Positions 19,521 to 29,370 of a stretch of 64,000 nt of DNA are shown piece by piece (the first letter of the stretch is position 1; every line of letters starts with the position of its first letter). The notes under the pieces were generated by a model. The model saw only the letters and a list, made by a program, of their open reading frames with translations, ran no database searches and was not told the origin of the DNA. This DNA comes from an uncultured Candidatus Saccharibacteria bacterium (GTDB lineage: Bacteria; Patescibacteriota; Minisyncoccia; Phycocordibacterales; UBA9973), in the NCBI GenBank assembly GCA_964456475.1, contig CAYVZI010000006.1, positions 7,074-71,073 on the forward strand, given 5' to 3'. The translations under genes and the position numbers were made by a program.

Positions 19521-19985
19521 TTACTCTGGTTTGATATCTGAAGAAGCAATACTCTTGCCCTCATCAGCAAAATGAATATTGCCTGAAAACTTCTCTTCAC
19601 GCAAGAAGTACGGATACCAGAGCGGATCATCAATCCACATACTCTCAAACGGAGGCTTCTCGATATCAAACCATTCCGGTTTCATTTCTTCTGTCTCAAT
19701 CGGCTCCCCTTCAAATGAATCAACGCGATAAATAATCACTCGTTGATTGAACTCAGGCTTGTCATCAAAATAAAAATTGATACATCCGAGCTTGATGAGA
19801 TTTTGTTCTGGAACAATAATTCCGCTTTCTTCTTGAATTTCGCGAACAACGGCCTGCTCAGGAGATTCTCCTTCCTGTAATTTACCTCCGTACCCATTCC
19901 ACTTCCCTGCACCAAACCCCCGCTTCTTCATACCGAGCAAAATCTTTCCGTCTCTCACAAGAATGGCTAGAGTTACAATTCGCAT
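19521..19985 (-). CDS. NUDIX hydrolase, 8-oxo-dGTPase (MTH1/MutT-like)
   Basis: KKRGFGAGKWNGYGGK, Nudix box ...REIQEESG, ETEEMKPEWF, MWIDD. Confidence 0.88.
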   Translation of the reverse strand: MRIVTLAILVRDGKILLGMKKRGFGAGKWNGYGGKLQEGESPEQAVVREIQEESGIIVPEQNLIKLGCINFYFDDKPEFNQRVIIYRVDSFEGEPIETEEMKPEWFDIEKPPFESMWIDDPLWYPYFLREEKFSGNIHFADEGKSIASSDIKPE

Positions 19986-19986
19986 A

Positions 19987-20664
19987 TTATTTATTCAAAA
20001 TATCACTCACAATTTTTCCATCTGCCATAGTGATTGTGCGATGTGCAAGCTTGGCATATTCCGGCTCGTGCGTGACCATCACGATGGTCTGGCCTTCTTT
20101 GTTCAAATCAATAAATGTCTGAATCACCTGATCTGAAGTTTCCGAATCGAGGTTAGCAGTCGGCTCGTCCGCAAAAATAATTTTTGGGCTATGCCCTATT
20201 GCGCGTGCAATTGCCACGCGCTGTTGCTGTCCACCGGAGAGTTGGCTTGGGAGATTATTCATGCGATCAAGAAGCCCAACACGCTCAAGTGCCTTTTTGG
20301 CTTTTCGCTCAGCCTCCGCCGTACTGTATCCCTGCATAAGAAGTGGTACAACAGTGTTTTCTAAGGCAGTCAAAGACGGCAAAATCGCATAGTCCTGAAA
20401 AATATATCCGAGATCATTGAGTCTTGTTATGGTACGTTCATTTTCTGATACTGGCACCATATCTACTCCATCTATCAAAACCTCGCCACCTGTCGGCAAA
20501 TCTAGCAGTCCAAGCTGATACAAGAGCGTTGATTTTCCAGAACCAGACTTCCCTGTCACCGTAAGAAACTGTCCTTCTGGCACAGAAAATGTAAGCGTAT
20601 CAAGCGCCACGATTTTCTGGTCACCACTCATAAATATTTTTGTTAGATTTTTTGCTTGGATCAT
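19987..20664 (-). CDS. ABC transporter ATPase (LolD/MacB type)
   Basis: [32 protein letters not shown]. Confidence 0.93.
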   Translation of the reverse strand: MIQAKNLTKIFMSGDQKIVALDTLTFSVPEGQFLTVTGKSGSGKSTLLYQLGLLDLPTGGEVLIDGVDMVPVSENERTITRLNDLGYIFQDYAILPSLTALENTVVPLLMQGYSTAEAERKAKKALERVGLLDRMNNLPSQLSGGQQQRVAIARAIGHSPKIIFADEPTANLDSETSDQVIQTFIDLNKEGQTIVMVTHEPEYAKLAHRTITMADGKIVSDILNK

Positions 20665-20706
20665 GTTCTAGGGTTTAGGATTAAGGGATAAGGGAGGAGT
20701 AATACG

Positions 20707-21984
20707 CTATCGGCCAAGTATGGCCGATAGCGTATTCTGTCTAATAACAATCTTGGCTGGAATATATCCCGCAATCACCGTCGTAACAAGAAGGATAAGG
20801 CCTCGAATAAGCGTTCCCGAAAGTGTTGCAACGAGGATTCCATCAGAAAACGGGAAATCAATCGGATTCGCAGCAATAGCTGGTTTTATCAAACCGAAGA
20901 CAAGAATCATACCGAGAATAATACCAAGTGCCGCATAAATAAACGCCTGGTACATATATGAATAGAGAATCGCTTTACGATTGATACCAATTCCTTTCAA
21001 AATTCCAATATATCTTCGGCGTGTAATCGCGTTCACAAAAATCACAATAAAAATCGTAATCGATGCCACGATAAGTCCAATTCCAGAGATAGCGTTTCCG
21101 AGGATAGCAAAAGTGGTCTTGATGTCTTGCAAGAATTTTGGAAATGCTTCTTCAGCCGTTTGCACTCGAGCAAATTCTCCAACCCCACTGTCGATCAAAA
21201 ATTGCTTTGCAACGACAGGGTCTGCTCCCGGCAACAATTGAATCGCGATACTGGACGCGTTCAAATCTGTTCGCCCGGTCATCTTTCGCACTTCGCTTGC
21301 AAGTGCCACCACAGAAGTATCAAACTCATCCACTTTTGAAGAAAGAATTCCTTTCACATAGTATTCCTTAGAAACATTTCCCGAAGTTACGCGAATACGA
21401 GACCCAACAGAGACGTCTTTGAGCGTTTGAAATCCTGGAGCCTCAATCGGAGTAAATTCATACAACAAGTTTTTACCAATGAGAATGCTGTTCTGATCCT
21501 CTGGTGTAAGATACTCCCCCCGAATGACAAATTTTGAAACACCAGAAAATTGTTGTTCTTGCATCGGGTCAATTCCCAAGAAAGACGCTCCGGCGCCGTC
21601 GCGTTTTTCACCCGGGTTTATCGTCGAACGATAATTCGATTCCACACGTACAGAGCCACCGTAACGAACAGTGTGATATTTGTATCCAGGAATTGTAGTA
21701 ACAATTTTGGAAACCTCTTGCGTTTGATCAATAAATGAGCGATTCAAGAATGATGAGATCACAACATCACCAATAGCATACTTTTTCTGCGCATCTTCCG
21801 AACCTTGAATAAGACCGACAAGAATACCCGCCACAACAACGAGGTTGAGGAAGGTAAAAATCATCACGGCGACGATGAGCATCGTCGTCCATTTGTTTGC
21901 TTGCTTGATATCACGTCTAGCGAGATACCATCCCACTTTCACATTCTGCGAAAATGAATTTTCGATTCTGGTTCGTTCTGACAT
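20707..21984 (-). CDS. ABC transporter permease (MacB/FtsX/LolE type)
   Basis: One N-terminal TM, a large extracytoplasmic loop, three C-terminal TMs, IGILKGIG motif. Confidence 0.85.
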   Translation of the reverse strand: MSERTRIENSFSQNVKVGWYLARRDIKQANKWTTMLIVAVMIFTFLNLVVVAGILVGLIQGSEDAQKKYAIGDVVISSFLNRSFIDQTQEVSKIVTTIPGYKYHTVRYGGSVRVESNYRSTINPGEKRDGAGASFLGIDPMQEQQFSGVSKFVIRGEYLTPEDQNSILIGKNLLYEFTPIEAPGFQTLKDVSVGSRIRVTSGNVSKEYYVKGILSSKVDEFDTSVVALASEVRKMTGRTDLNASSIAIQLLPGADPVVAKQFLIDSGVGEFARVQTAEEAFPKFLQDIKTTFAILGNAISGIGLIVASITIFIVIFVNAITRRRYIGILKGIGINRKAILYSYMYQAFIYAALGIILGMILVFGLIKPAIAANPIDFPFSDGILVATLSGTLIRGLILLVTTVIAGYIPAKIVIRQNTLSAILGR

Positions 21985-22125
21985 TGTTTTGTATTGTATT
22001 TATTCCTCCCCTCATTTAGCAAAATGACCTACTGGGTTACTCGAGGGTGTGTGTTTTGTACCCAAAATGGTGGGGTGATGCATTTTTCTAAACCCTATAC
22101 CCTAAACCCTAACCCCTGTGGTCAT

Positions 22126-23583
22126 TTATTTTTCTCCCACTACAACCTTGTCGCCGACAGATAATCCACTGGTAACTTCTATCATATTTCCATCTCCAAG
22201 CGAGCCGGTCGTCACCTTTCGGTCTTCAAATTTTTTCTTTCTCTCGTCTGTCACAATACGGACATACGAGCCATCATCACGTACGAGTATTGCCGCCTTC
22301 GGTATTGAGAGTACGTTTGGACGAACCCACGCAAGAATAGTCATGTTTGCATTCATGCCTGGTCGAACCCCATGCACAATCGCATTGTCGATGTCTCCTT
22401 TGATTTTATAATTGACTACACCATCATCAGTCGTAGAAGATGGATCGATTGCAATCACTGTCCCAGAAAAAGTAGTGTCCGGACCAAATGCATCAAGTGT
22501 CATCAACACCTGCTGGCCAAGTGCAACCTTGGCAATGTTTGTTTCGTTGATATTTGCTTCCACATGCAGATTTTTTACATCTTGAACGACAACGGCAAGC
22601 TTCTGTGTGTCAGCACGCTCGCCCATTTTTACATCGATTCGAGTAACGGTTCCAGATGCAGGCGCTCGAAGAATTGTGTTTTCGTATACTGCCTGCGCTT
22701 GATCGATAGAGGCTTGAGCAGCCGCGAGGTCTGCAGGTCGCGCAGATGCTTTTTTCAAATTCAAATTTGCCTCAGCAGATGCAATTACACTATCACGGTC
22801 CTTCAATGCGTTTTGATAAGCGTTGTATGCAGTTAGATACGAAGTCGAAGAAGTGTTTGGCAAAGAAACAGTCCAGGTATTTTGAGTATTTGAATTATCT
22901 GAATCGAATTGGATATAGAGACCCTTCGTTCCAAGTGGAACTGGCTTGGTTATACTCGCCTGTCCTCCACCATTTTCAATCCCTGAGAAAGAAAAATACA
23001 TTCCTCCTCCATTTGTTGCGTAGGTTGAAATTTGGTACACACCTTCTGTAGTTCCAGAATACGCACCAGTGACAGTAGGTGTCGTTCCGGTAAAACCACC
23101 AGAACGTGTTGGGGTAAGATCATTATTGAGGAGTGCTCGATACGCATTTTCCACAAGGGTGTTCTGTACTTTTTTTGTATTATCGAGAGAAACTTGAGCA
23201 ACGGCAATTTCTTCATTAGAAGATCCATCGGCAACTTTCTGATAGTTTGCTTTTGCAAGAGAAAGAGCTGCATATTCATTACTGTTTCCAAGCATGGCGA
23301 GGATTTGTCCTTTTGAGACAGTATCTCCAACCGAGACCGGAATACTCTGCACAAGTCCGCTTGTAGAAAAAGAAAGATTGAGGTCTGTTTGTGCGGTGAC
23401 TTGTCCTGTAGCAAGTACGGTTTGTTTCAAATCACCTTGCACAACCGGTACAACAGTCACCGAACTCGGTGCAGTGTGAAAAATAAAATAGAGAACAACC
23501 ACAACGACAGCTCCGCCGAGTATCCAAAATCGCTTCGGATGAACATCATAATATTCTTTAATTTTTTGAAATGTGTTTTTCAT
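22126..23583 (-). CDS. membrane-fusion/adaptor protein (MacA/HlyD family)
   Basis: N-terminal TM, lipoyl half-motifs VSVGDTVSKGQIL and LRAPASGTV, VRPGMNANM. Confidence 0.88.
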   Translation of the reverse strand: MKNTFQKIKEYYDVHPKRFWILGGAVVVVVLYFIFHTAPSSVTVVPVVQGDLKQTVLATGQVTAQTDLNLSFSTSGLVQSIPVSVGDTVSKGQILAMLGNSNEYAALSLAKANYQKVADGSSNEEIAVAQVSLDNTKKVQNTLVENAYRALLNNDLTPTRSGGFTGTTPTVTGAYSGTTEGVYQISTYATNGGGMYFSFSGIENGGGQASITKPVPLGTKGLYIQFDSDNSNTQNTWTVSLPNTSSTSYLTAYNAYQNALKDRDSVIASAEANLNLKKASARPADLAAAQASIDQAQAVYENTILRAPASGTVTRIDVKMGERADTQKLAVVVQDVKNLHVEANINETNIAKVALGQQVLMTLDAFGPDTTFSGTVIAIDPSSTTDDGVVNYKIKGDIDNAIVHGVRPGMNANMTILAWVRPNVLSIPKAAILVRDDGSYVRIVTDERKKKFEDRKVTTGSLGDGNMIEVTSGLSVGDKVVVGEK

Positions 23584-23651
23584 AAGTACAGCTACTTTAC
23601 CATTTAAAGGTTTAAAAACAAAGGTTATAAAAAACGAACCCTTATCTTGTA

Positions 23652-23873
23652 CTAAGATGTGGGTTCAATTTTATTTTCGTTCTTTTGTTGTAATTGTTGT
23701 AATTGTTGTAATTCTTTGATTTTTTGGCGAAGACGATTATTCATGTCTTTTTCATAAACTAAATCACTATACATATCCAAAACCGGATCGGATTCGAGAT
23801 TTTTAATATTCGTACCCATTGGCAAAAATGGTTCAAAAAATAAATAACACGCGCCAAATTTATATTTCTGCAT
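23652..23873 (-). CDS. small hypothetical protein
   Basis: 73-aa AT-rich ORF in an otherwise empty gap. Confidence 0.35.
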   Translation of the reverse strand: MQKYKFGACYLFFEPFLPMGTNIKNLESDPVLDMYSDLVYEKDMNNRLRQKIKELQQLQQLQQKNENKIEPTS

Positions 23874-23918
23874 AATAGTATGTTTTTTCTCATAGTATCA
23901 CACTATCTGAAACCTGTC

Positions 23919-23959
23919 CAAACAAAACAATTCCCACATCGTGGGAATTGTTTTGTTTG
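23919..23959 (-). terminator. 19-bp stem-loop downstream of typA
   Basis: caaacaaaacaattcccac-atc-gtgggaattgttttgtttg. Confidence 0.7.
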
Positions 23960-24007
23960 ATTTTGTATTTTTCTAGACCCTAGAACCTAGACCCTAGACC
24001 CTGCATT

Positions 24008-25795
24008 CTACTGGTTTCGTGAACCACGTGAACGTTCTGTCTCTGTAAGCAATTTTTTGCGGAGTCGCACAAAGTGCGGAGTGACCTCAAGATATTCGTC
24101 GTGGTTGATGATTTCAAGTCCACGTTCGATAGTGAGTTCCCAAGCAGGATTGAGATACATCGCTTCGTCGGTTCCAGATGAACGGACGTTTGAGAGCGCC
24201 TTTCCTTTGATTGGGTTTACCATCATGTCTTCACCCTTTGAAGTATTTCCCACAATCATTCCTTCATACACTTCAGTGTTGTGCACGATGTACATCGTAC
24301 CGCGATCCTGAAGATTCCAAATAGAGAATCCAGCAGCCGATCCCGAGATCATCGAGATCATCGCACCCACTTCCTTCTTCTTGATTTCGCCTGCCCATGG
24401 TTTGAAGCCGATTACGCGTGAAGCAAGAATTCCCTCTCCTTTTGTATCAATAACAAATTGGTTGCGGTATCCGAGAAGTCCGCGTGTTGGAATTTCGATG
24501 AGAATGCGAGTGATACCATCCTTTTCATGCATTGAAGTGAGAAGTCCGCGACGCTTTGTAAGTGTTTCAATTACTGCACCAGAAAATTCGGTTGGAACAT
24601 CGATAGTTGTTTCTTCATACGGCTCGCATTTTTCGCCATCGATTTCTTTGGTGATCGCTTTTGGCTGAGATACTTGCATTTCAAATCCTTCGCGACGCAT
24701 TTGTTCAAGAAGCACAGCCACGTGGAGTTCTCCACGTCCAGAAACCTGGAATGTCGCTTCAGAATCGAAGTCGACTTTGAGACCGACGTTCACCTGAAGT
24801 TCGCGTTCGAGACGTTCGCGGATTTGGCGTGAAGTGACGAATTTTCCATCGCGTCCTGCAAATGGTGAATCGTTCACGAGGAACGAGAGCGTGATTGTTG
24901 GTTCGTCGATGGTGATGGTTGGAAGTGCTTGCACACTGTTGTCGCTCGCAATTGTTTCTCCGATGTACACATCAGAAATTCCAGCAATAATTCCGATATC
25001 TCCAGAAACGAGTTCCGATACAGCTTCGCGTTTCTGTCCGATGAATGAAAACATCTTTGTGATTTTAGCTTGGCGAGTCTCTTCTCCGTGTTTTACGAAA
25101 ATAGTCGTTCCATCTTTGATTGTTCCGTCGTAGACACGCACGATAGCGAGACGTCCGAGGAATGAGTCATACGCGAGGTTGAAAGCCTGTGCACATGCTG
25201 GAGCATTCACATCACGAGTCGCAGATGGTACTTGTTCAAGCACCATATCGAGAAGCGGAGCGAGGTCTTTTGAATCATCAGTAAGTTCGCGCTTTGCGAT
25301 TCCCTGTCGTCCGATTGCGTAGATAGTTTTGAAATCGATTTGTTCGTCGTTGGCACCAAGTTCAAGGAAGAGCTCAAGCACTTGTTCGTGTACGTGTTCA
25401 GGATTTGCAGCCGGCTTGTCGATTTTGTTCACGACCACGATTGGTTTGAGACCGAGTTCGAGTGACTTTTTCAAAACGAAACGAGTCTGTGGCATCGGAC
25501 CTTCTTGCGCATCAACGATGAGAAGCACGGTGTCGATAGAGCGAAGAACGCGCTCCACTTCAGATCCGAAGTCGGCGTGTCCTGGTGTGTCCACGATGTT
25601 GATTTTCACTCCTTTATATGTGAGCGAACAGTTTTTTGAGTAAATGGTGATTCCACGTTCCTTTTCGAGATCGTTCGAATCCATCGAAGATGCAGTCTCA
25701 TCGACAGCTCCAGTAAACTTCAAAAGAGCATCAGTAAGAGTTGTCTTACCATGGTCAACGTGTGCGATGATTGCAATGTTTCGAATATCAGCCAT
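24008..25795 (-). CDS. typA: translational GTPase TypA/BipA
   Basis: IRNIAIIAHVDHGKTTL, DTPGHADFG, NKID, GRGELH. Confidence 0.96.
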   Translation of the reverse strand: MADIRNIAIIAHVDHGKTTLTDALLKFTGAVDETASSMDSNDLEKERGITIYSKNCSLTYKGVKINIVDTPGHADFGSEVERVLRSIDTVLLIVDAQEGPMPQTRFVLKKSLELGLKPIVVVNKIDKPAANPEHVHEQVLELFLELGANDEQIDFKTIYAIGRQGIAKRELTDDSKDLAPLLDMVLEQVPSATRDVNAPACAQAFNLAYDSFLGRLAIVRVYDGTIKDGTTIFVKHGEETRQAKITKMFSFIGQKREAVSELVSGDIGIIAGISDVYIGETIASDNSVQALPTITIDEPTITLSFLVNDSPFAGRDGKFVTSRQIRERLERELQVNVGLKVDFDSEATFQVSGRGELHVAVLLEQMRREGFEMQVSQPKAITKEIDGEKCEPYEETTIDVPTEFSGAVIETLTKRRGLLTSMHEKDGITRILIEIPTRGLLGYRNQFVIDTKGEGILASRVIGFKPWAGEIKKKEVGAMISMISGSAAGFSIWNLQDRGTMYIVHNTEVYEGMIVGNTSKGEDMMVNPIKGKALSNVRSSGTDEAMYLNPAWELTIERGLEIINHDEYLEVTPHFVRLRKKLLTETERSRGSRNQ

Positions 25796-25807
25796 AAATG
25801 TTTCTGT

Positions 25808-25882
25808 GTCATCCCGGACTCCGATCCGGGATCCATGATTTTCTTAATTAGTAATGGATTCCGGCTCGTAGGCCGGAATGAC
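25808..25882. repeat. inverted REP-like doublet (GTCAT family)
   Basis: gtcatcccggactccgatccgggatcca ... tggattccggctcgtaggccggaatgac. Confidence 0.8.
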
Positions 25883-26021
25883 AGCCCCTAGATAAAAATA
25901 AAGCCTCTAAACCGGTCGTACCGGTCGGGCGAACAAAATATCTCCGTTGCCGGAGATTTTGTTTTAGCCGCCAGGGCTAATTACCTTTTCAATATAACAC
26001 TATTTTTCAAAAAAGGCAATT

Positions 26022-26047
26022 AAAAAAAGCCCCGAAGGGCTTTTTTT
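26022..26047 (-). terminator. intrinsic terminator
   Basis: aaaaaaagccc-cgaa-gggcttttttt, directly after the KH-protein stop codon. Confidence 0.8.
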
Positions 26048-26050
26048 AAT

Positions 26051-26362
26051 TTACATGTTCTTGAGGTCTTCCATCGCCTCGTCAAAACTCGCTTCAACAC
26101 CAGCTGCTTTCGTTCCGCCTTCTGGTTCGTTGATCTTGAGGTTTACGCGAGAGTTGTTCTTCATTCCAATGACACGGAGAAGAGTTCGGATTGCCTTAGC
26201 AGTGTTACCTTGGCGACCGATGATCTTACCCATGTCGGCTGGACTCACGGTGAGCTTTACGAGAACACCCATTTCGTCTACTGTTCGTTCGATTTTAACT
26301 TCGTTGGGATTGTCGACTAACGCCTTTACTACATACTCGAGAAACTGTGTATCTGAATCCAT
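26051..26362 (-). CDS. khpA: KH-domain RNA-binding protein
   Basis: LVDNPNEV...DMGKIIGRQGNTAKAIRTLL; close to rpsP. Confidence 0.88.
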   Translation of the reverse strand: MDSDTQFLEYVVKALVDNPNEVKIERTVDEMGVLVKLTVSPADMGKIIGRQGNTAKAIRTLLRVIGMKNNSRVNLKINEPEGGTKAAGVEASFDEAMEDLKNM

Positions 26363-26521
26363 GATAATCTAACTGAATTAACTAAAATTTTCGTATAATA
26401 GAGCAATATTTTCGACAGTACTGCTTAGAACCAGTATACCGTCACTCCCAAATTCTTGCAAACAAAAGTATTGGAATGCAAAATTGAGCAAGCCCAGAGC
26501 TTGCTCAATTTAATAGAGTTA

Positions 26522-27256
26522 CTATTTACTTCCCTCAATCAAATCAAGAACATCCCGAGCTGAATTCTCACCGATAAACCGTTCAAACAAATGCAAGTTA
26601 TCAAGATTTCTCAAAATAAAAATAACTGACAAAATTGAGACAACAAACGCCGACTTGAGTAATGCCCCAAGAATAAATCCTTGTGAAGGAATGACGCTGA
26701 TGGCAGAGAGGAGGATAAGGACAAAGAAAAAGAGTAAAAACCACTGAAAACTAGGAATTCGTTCTTGGTACAGCATCACCATATTCTTTCGAAGTACCTG
26801 ACAATCAGACAATCCAGTCATGACTCGCCCCACAGCCTGGTTTCGAAGTGTCTCTTGCTTGTTGTTGCCAATATCCTCTTCCAGAATTTGATGAATAGAT
26901 GAAATAGTATTTGATTTGTTAATAAAATGATAATTCCAAGCTTTGTTGGCAAGGATGAGTGTATAGTGATTTTTTATTACAGCACCAATTTTTTCTTGAA
27001 TTTGTGGACTGATGTTTTGGGACGCGCGATAGATACTGGAAAGTTTCCCATCAAACGTACTGATTACCTCGCGAATTTTTGTATATCTATTCCCTTGTCG
27101 TGCAATAAAGAATCCAGTGAAAATTGAGAAAAAGAATGTCGTTATCGTGATGAAAATTTTATCTGTAGTGCTAAACCCCACATCGGTGGTGAAATAAAAA
27201 TACGTTAATCCAATAAATACAAGAAATAATAAAACCTGCGTTGTTCGGTTGTTCAT
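26522..27256 (-). CDS. hypothetical membrane protein
   Basis: 244 aa with two N-terminal and two C-terminal TM segments. Confidence 0.65.
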   Translation of the reverse strand: MNNRTTQVLLFLVFIGLTYFYFTTDVGFSTTDKIFITITTFFFSIFTGFFIARQGNRYTKIREVISTFDGKLSSIYRASQNISPQIQEKIGAVIKNHYTLILANKAWNYHFINKSNTISSIHQILEEDIGNNKQETLRNQAVGRVMTGLSDCQVLRKNMVMLYQERIPSFQWFLLFFFVLILLSAISVIPSQGFILGALLKSAFVVSILSVIFILRNLDNLHLFERFIGENSARDVLDLIEGSK

Positions 27257-27372
27257 AGTTTGAATTTTATCATTCAGGATACAAAAGAGCGAGCGACTTT
27301 CGTCGCTCGCTCTTTTGTTGTATTTGTATAACTTTATGAACTTTACAAACTTTATGAACTTTCAACTTGCCG

Positions 27373-27678
27373 TTAGGCAGCCTTGAGTTCCTTTCGCTTC
27401 TTTGTAGGAGCTTTGCGAGAAAGGACGTTCTTCTTCTTTCCTTCGATGAGCTTCTTTGAAACAAGGAAGTTGTAAACAGTGTCAGATGGCTGTGCACCAA
27501 CGCTCATCCAGTGCTTTACGCGGTCTTCTTCGAGGGTTACGATTCCAGATTTAGGATTGTAAGCACCAAGGATTTCCTGGAATTTACCAGATTTTGCTGC
27601 GTTTTTGTGGTCAGTCAAAACGACGCGGAAATGCGCCTCGTTTTTGCGACCTATTCGTTGTAATCGGATCATTAACAT
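27373..27678 (-). CDS. rpsP: 30S ribosomal protein S16
   Basis: MLMIRLQRIGRKN...GAQPSDTV. Confidence 0.96.
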   Translation of the reverse strand: MLMIRLQRIGRKNEAHFRVVLTDHKNAAKSGKFQEILGAYNPKSGIVTLEEDRVKHWMSVGAQPSDTVYNFLVSKKLIEGKKKNVLSRKAPTKKRKELKAA

Positions 27679-27721
27679 AAGTACTGCCTATACTAACAGA
27701 AAATATAAAAAAGGCAACTAT

Positions 27722-27831
27722 TTCTTAATTTGTACCCAAATTGTAGAAATAGGCGTCCTCTGGCAGGGCAACTGTCTTCTTAAATTGTACCCAATTTGTA
27801 GAAGCAGGCGTCCCCTTGCGGGACAAGTTTC
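27722..27831. repeat. two 55-bp tandem units, each with two hairpins
   Basis: Units start at 27722 and 27777 (ttcttaa..tgtacccaa.ttgtagaa..aggcgtcc...). Confidence 0.8.
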
Positions 27832-27926
27832 CCTTAAAAAATCATAAAACCAGCATTCTAAAAATAAACGCTTAAAAAAATAACAAAAGGCAGTAAAAAC
27901 TGCCTTTTTAATAAATGTTCCCTGCT

Positions 27927-28307
27927 TTATATCTTTTTTACCAAACCTTTCTTTAATAAAAAAAGCCTAATACTGTAAATTGAAAAAAGACAGAGTGCAG
28001 TCTCTATTGTAGTAGCAATCGCTACAAATTTGAATAAAGGAAAACCTGCGCCTTTAAAAAACGAGAAAAATATAGCTGCTATAGTAAGCACAATGGCAAA
28101 TAAGGAAATAACCGATGGAAAATATCCCAACAGGTCATATCTTTCCGTTTCGTCTTCAAGAAAGCCTCCGACTTTATCTTTAGAAATTTTTAACCAGAGC
28201 ATTTGTGTCATTCCGAAAAGTACCATTGAAAAGAGTGAGTCAGACACTGCAATACCAAGAGCCAAAAAAACTGCGGAGGCCGTAGATGAGCTTGCAAAAT
28301 TTTTCAT
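27927..28307 (-). CDS. hypothetical membrane protein
   Basis: 126 aa, about three hydrophobic segments. Confidence 0.55.
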   Translation of the reverse strand: MKNFASSSTASAVFLALGIAVSDSLFSMVLFGMTQMLWLKISKDKVGGFLEDETERYDLLGYFPSVISLFAIVLTIAAIFFSFFKGAGFPLFKFVAIATTIETALCLFSIYSIRLFLLKKGLVKKI

Positions 28308-28385
28308 AATTGTTAATTGAGAGGTGAAAAGATATTTTGTTCACTCTATAACATCAGTGCAAAAAGTCAACTTAGTGTATAAAAA

Positions 28386-28412
28386 ATTCCCGCTTGGAGT
28401 ACAAGCGGGAAT
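28386..28412 (-). terminator. 11-bp stem-loop downstream of the putative DGR target (terminator and/or DGR homing hairpin)
   Basis: attcccgcttg-gagta-caagcgggaat. Confidence 0.6.
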
Positions 28413-28439
28413 AAGAATAAAAGATAAAAAGAAAAAGTC

Positions 28440-29216
28440 TTAGAAACTGACCTGACGAGGGCCGCCGTCGGGATCCTGGTAGCCGCGATAGCCGCGGTCG
28501 ATGCGGAACTTGCCAAGGCCGCGCCTGCACATGAACATCGCATAGCCGCCGGAATCGAGCGCGTGGAAACGCGTGAGTCCTTTTACATCATACATATTGC
28601 CGGTTTCGGTGCGATACCGGAATGCGGCAATCATGCCTTCGATCGGCACCATGTATTTGTTGCCATCCACAGAAAACATATCATAACTATCGTTAAAATG
28701 CTCCGCATCAGGCTCAGCTCCACCTTTGTGCAAAAAGCAATAATCACCTTTTGGACGATCCTGTTGCACTTTGATCGCCTTCGTAATACTGTTGTAGGCC
28801 TTGTATACTTTGTCTTCACCAAACTCCTTTTTGTAAGCTTCGAAGATTTTGTCTTCTGTAATACTCGCAGGTCGGAATTCAGGTATTTTCATGCCAGGAA
28901 TGTCGCTTGCAGGAATTGGAGACTTGCTCCAATCGATAGATTTTATACCAAAGTGTTTGACGTAAAACTTTTCGATTTTTTCCTTTTCACGTTTCCATAA
29001 ATCGGTTTTGATTTGAAGAATCCGCGTAACGACTTCTTCAATAATCTGCTTTGTCTCCTGACCCTGTTCAGAATCAGGAGAAGAAATCAACGACTGTATA
29101 AGGCTGTTGTCAGCCTGCCCGTCTATCAATTTCACAATTTGCAGTGCAATCTCGCCTGCATACCGCGTGCATTGTGCCGCGCTCTTGAACGTCTCAACTA
29201 CTTTTGCATCATCCAT
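28440..29216 (-). CDS. putative remote DGR target protein with a VR-like C-terminus
   Basis: The last about 45 codons switch abruptly to GC-rich NNC/NNT codons (many GGC, CGC, TAT, TAC, GAC). Ends GGPRQVSF, like C-type-lectin-fold DGR targets. Confidence 0.65.
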   Translation of the reverse strand: MDDAKVVETFKSAAQCTRYAGEIALQIVKLIDGQADNSLIQSLISSPDSEQGQETKQIIEEVVTRILQIKTDLWKREKEKIEKFYVKHFGIKSIDWSKSPIPASDIPGMKIPEFRPASITEDKIFEAYKKEFGEDKVYKAYNSITKAIKVQQDRPKGDYCFLHKGGAEPDAEHFNDSYDMFSVDGNKYMVPIEGMIAAFRYRTETGNMYDVKGLTRFHALDSGGYAMFMCRRGLGKFRIDRGYRGYQDPDGGPRQVSF

Positions 29217-29327
29217 GATTTAAAGCTTTTGATATGATTGTTAGAGAAAAAATTATCGTTTGTATTATATACCTATATTGACAAAAAGTCAATACCGTAT
29301 TGTATATTGATAAATAACCCATTAATC

Positions 29328-29356
29328 CACATCTTGAGGTTTAACCTCAAGATGTG
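29328..29356. repeat. perfect palindrome upstream of the transposase (REP-like end)
   Basis: cacatcttgaggtt-t-aacctcaagatgtg; related copy at 30010-30034. Confidence 0.8.
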
Positions 29357-29370
29357 ATAGTATTAACCAT

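Noticed and set aside
28440-28580. Second target of TR 61874-61978
   Set aside because: It does not align with this TR at non-adenine positions.
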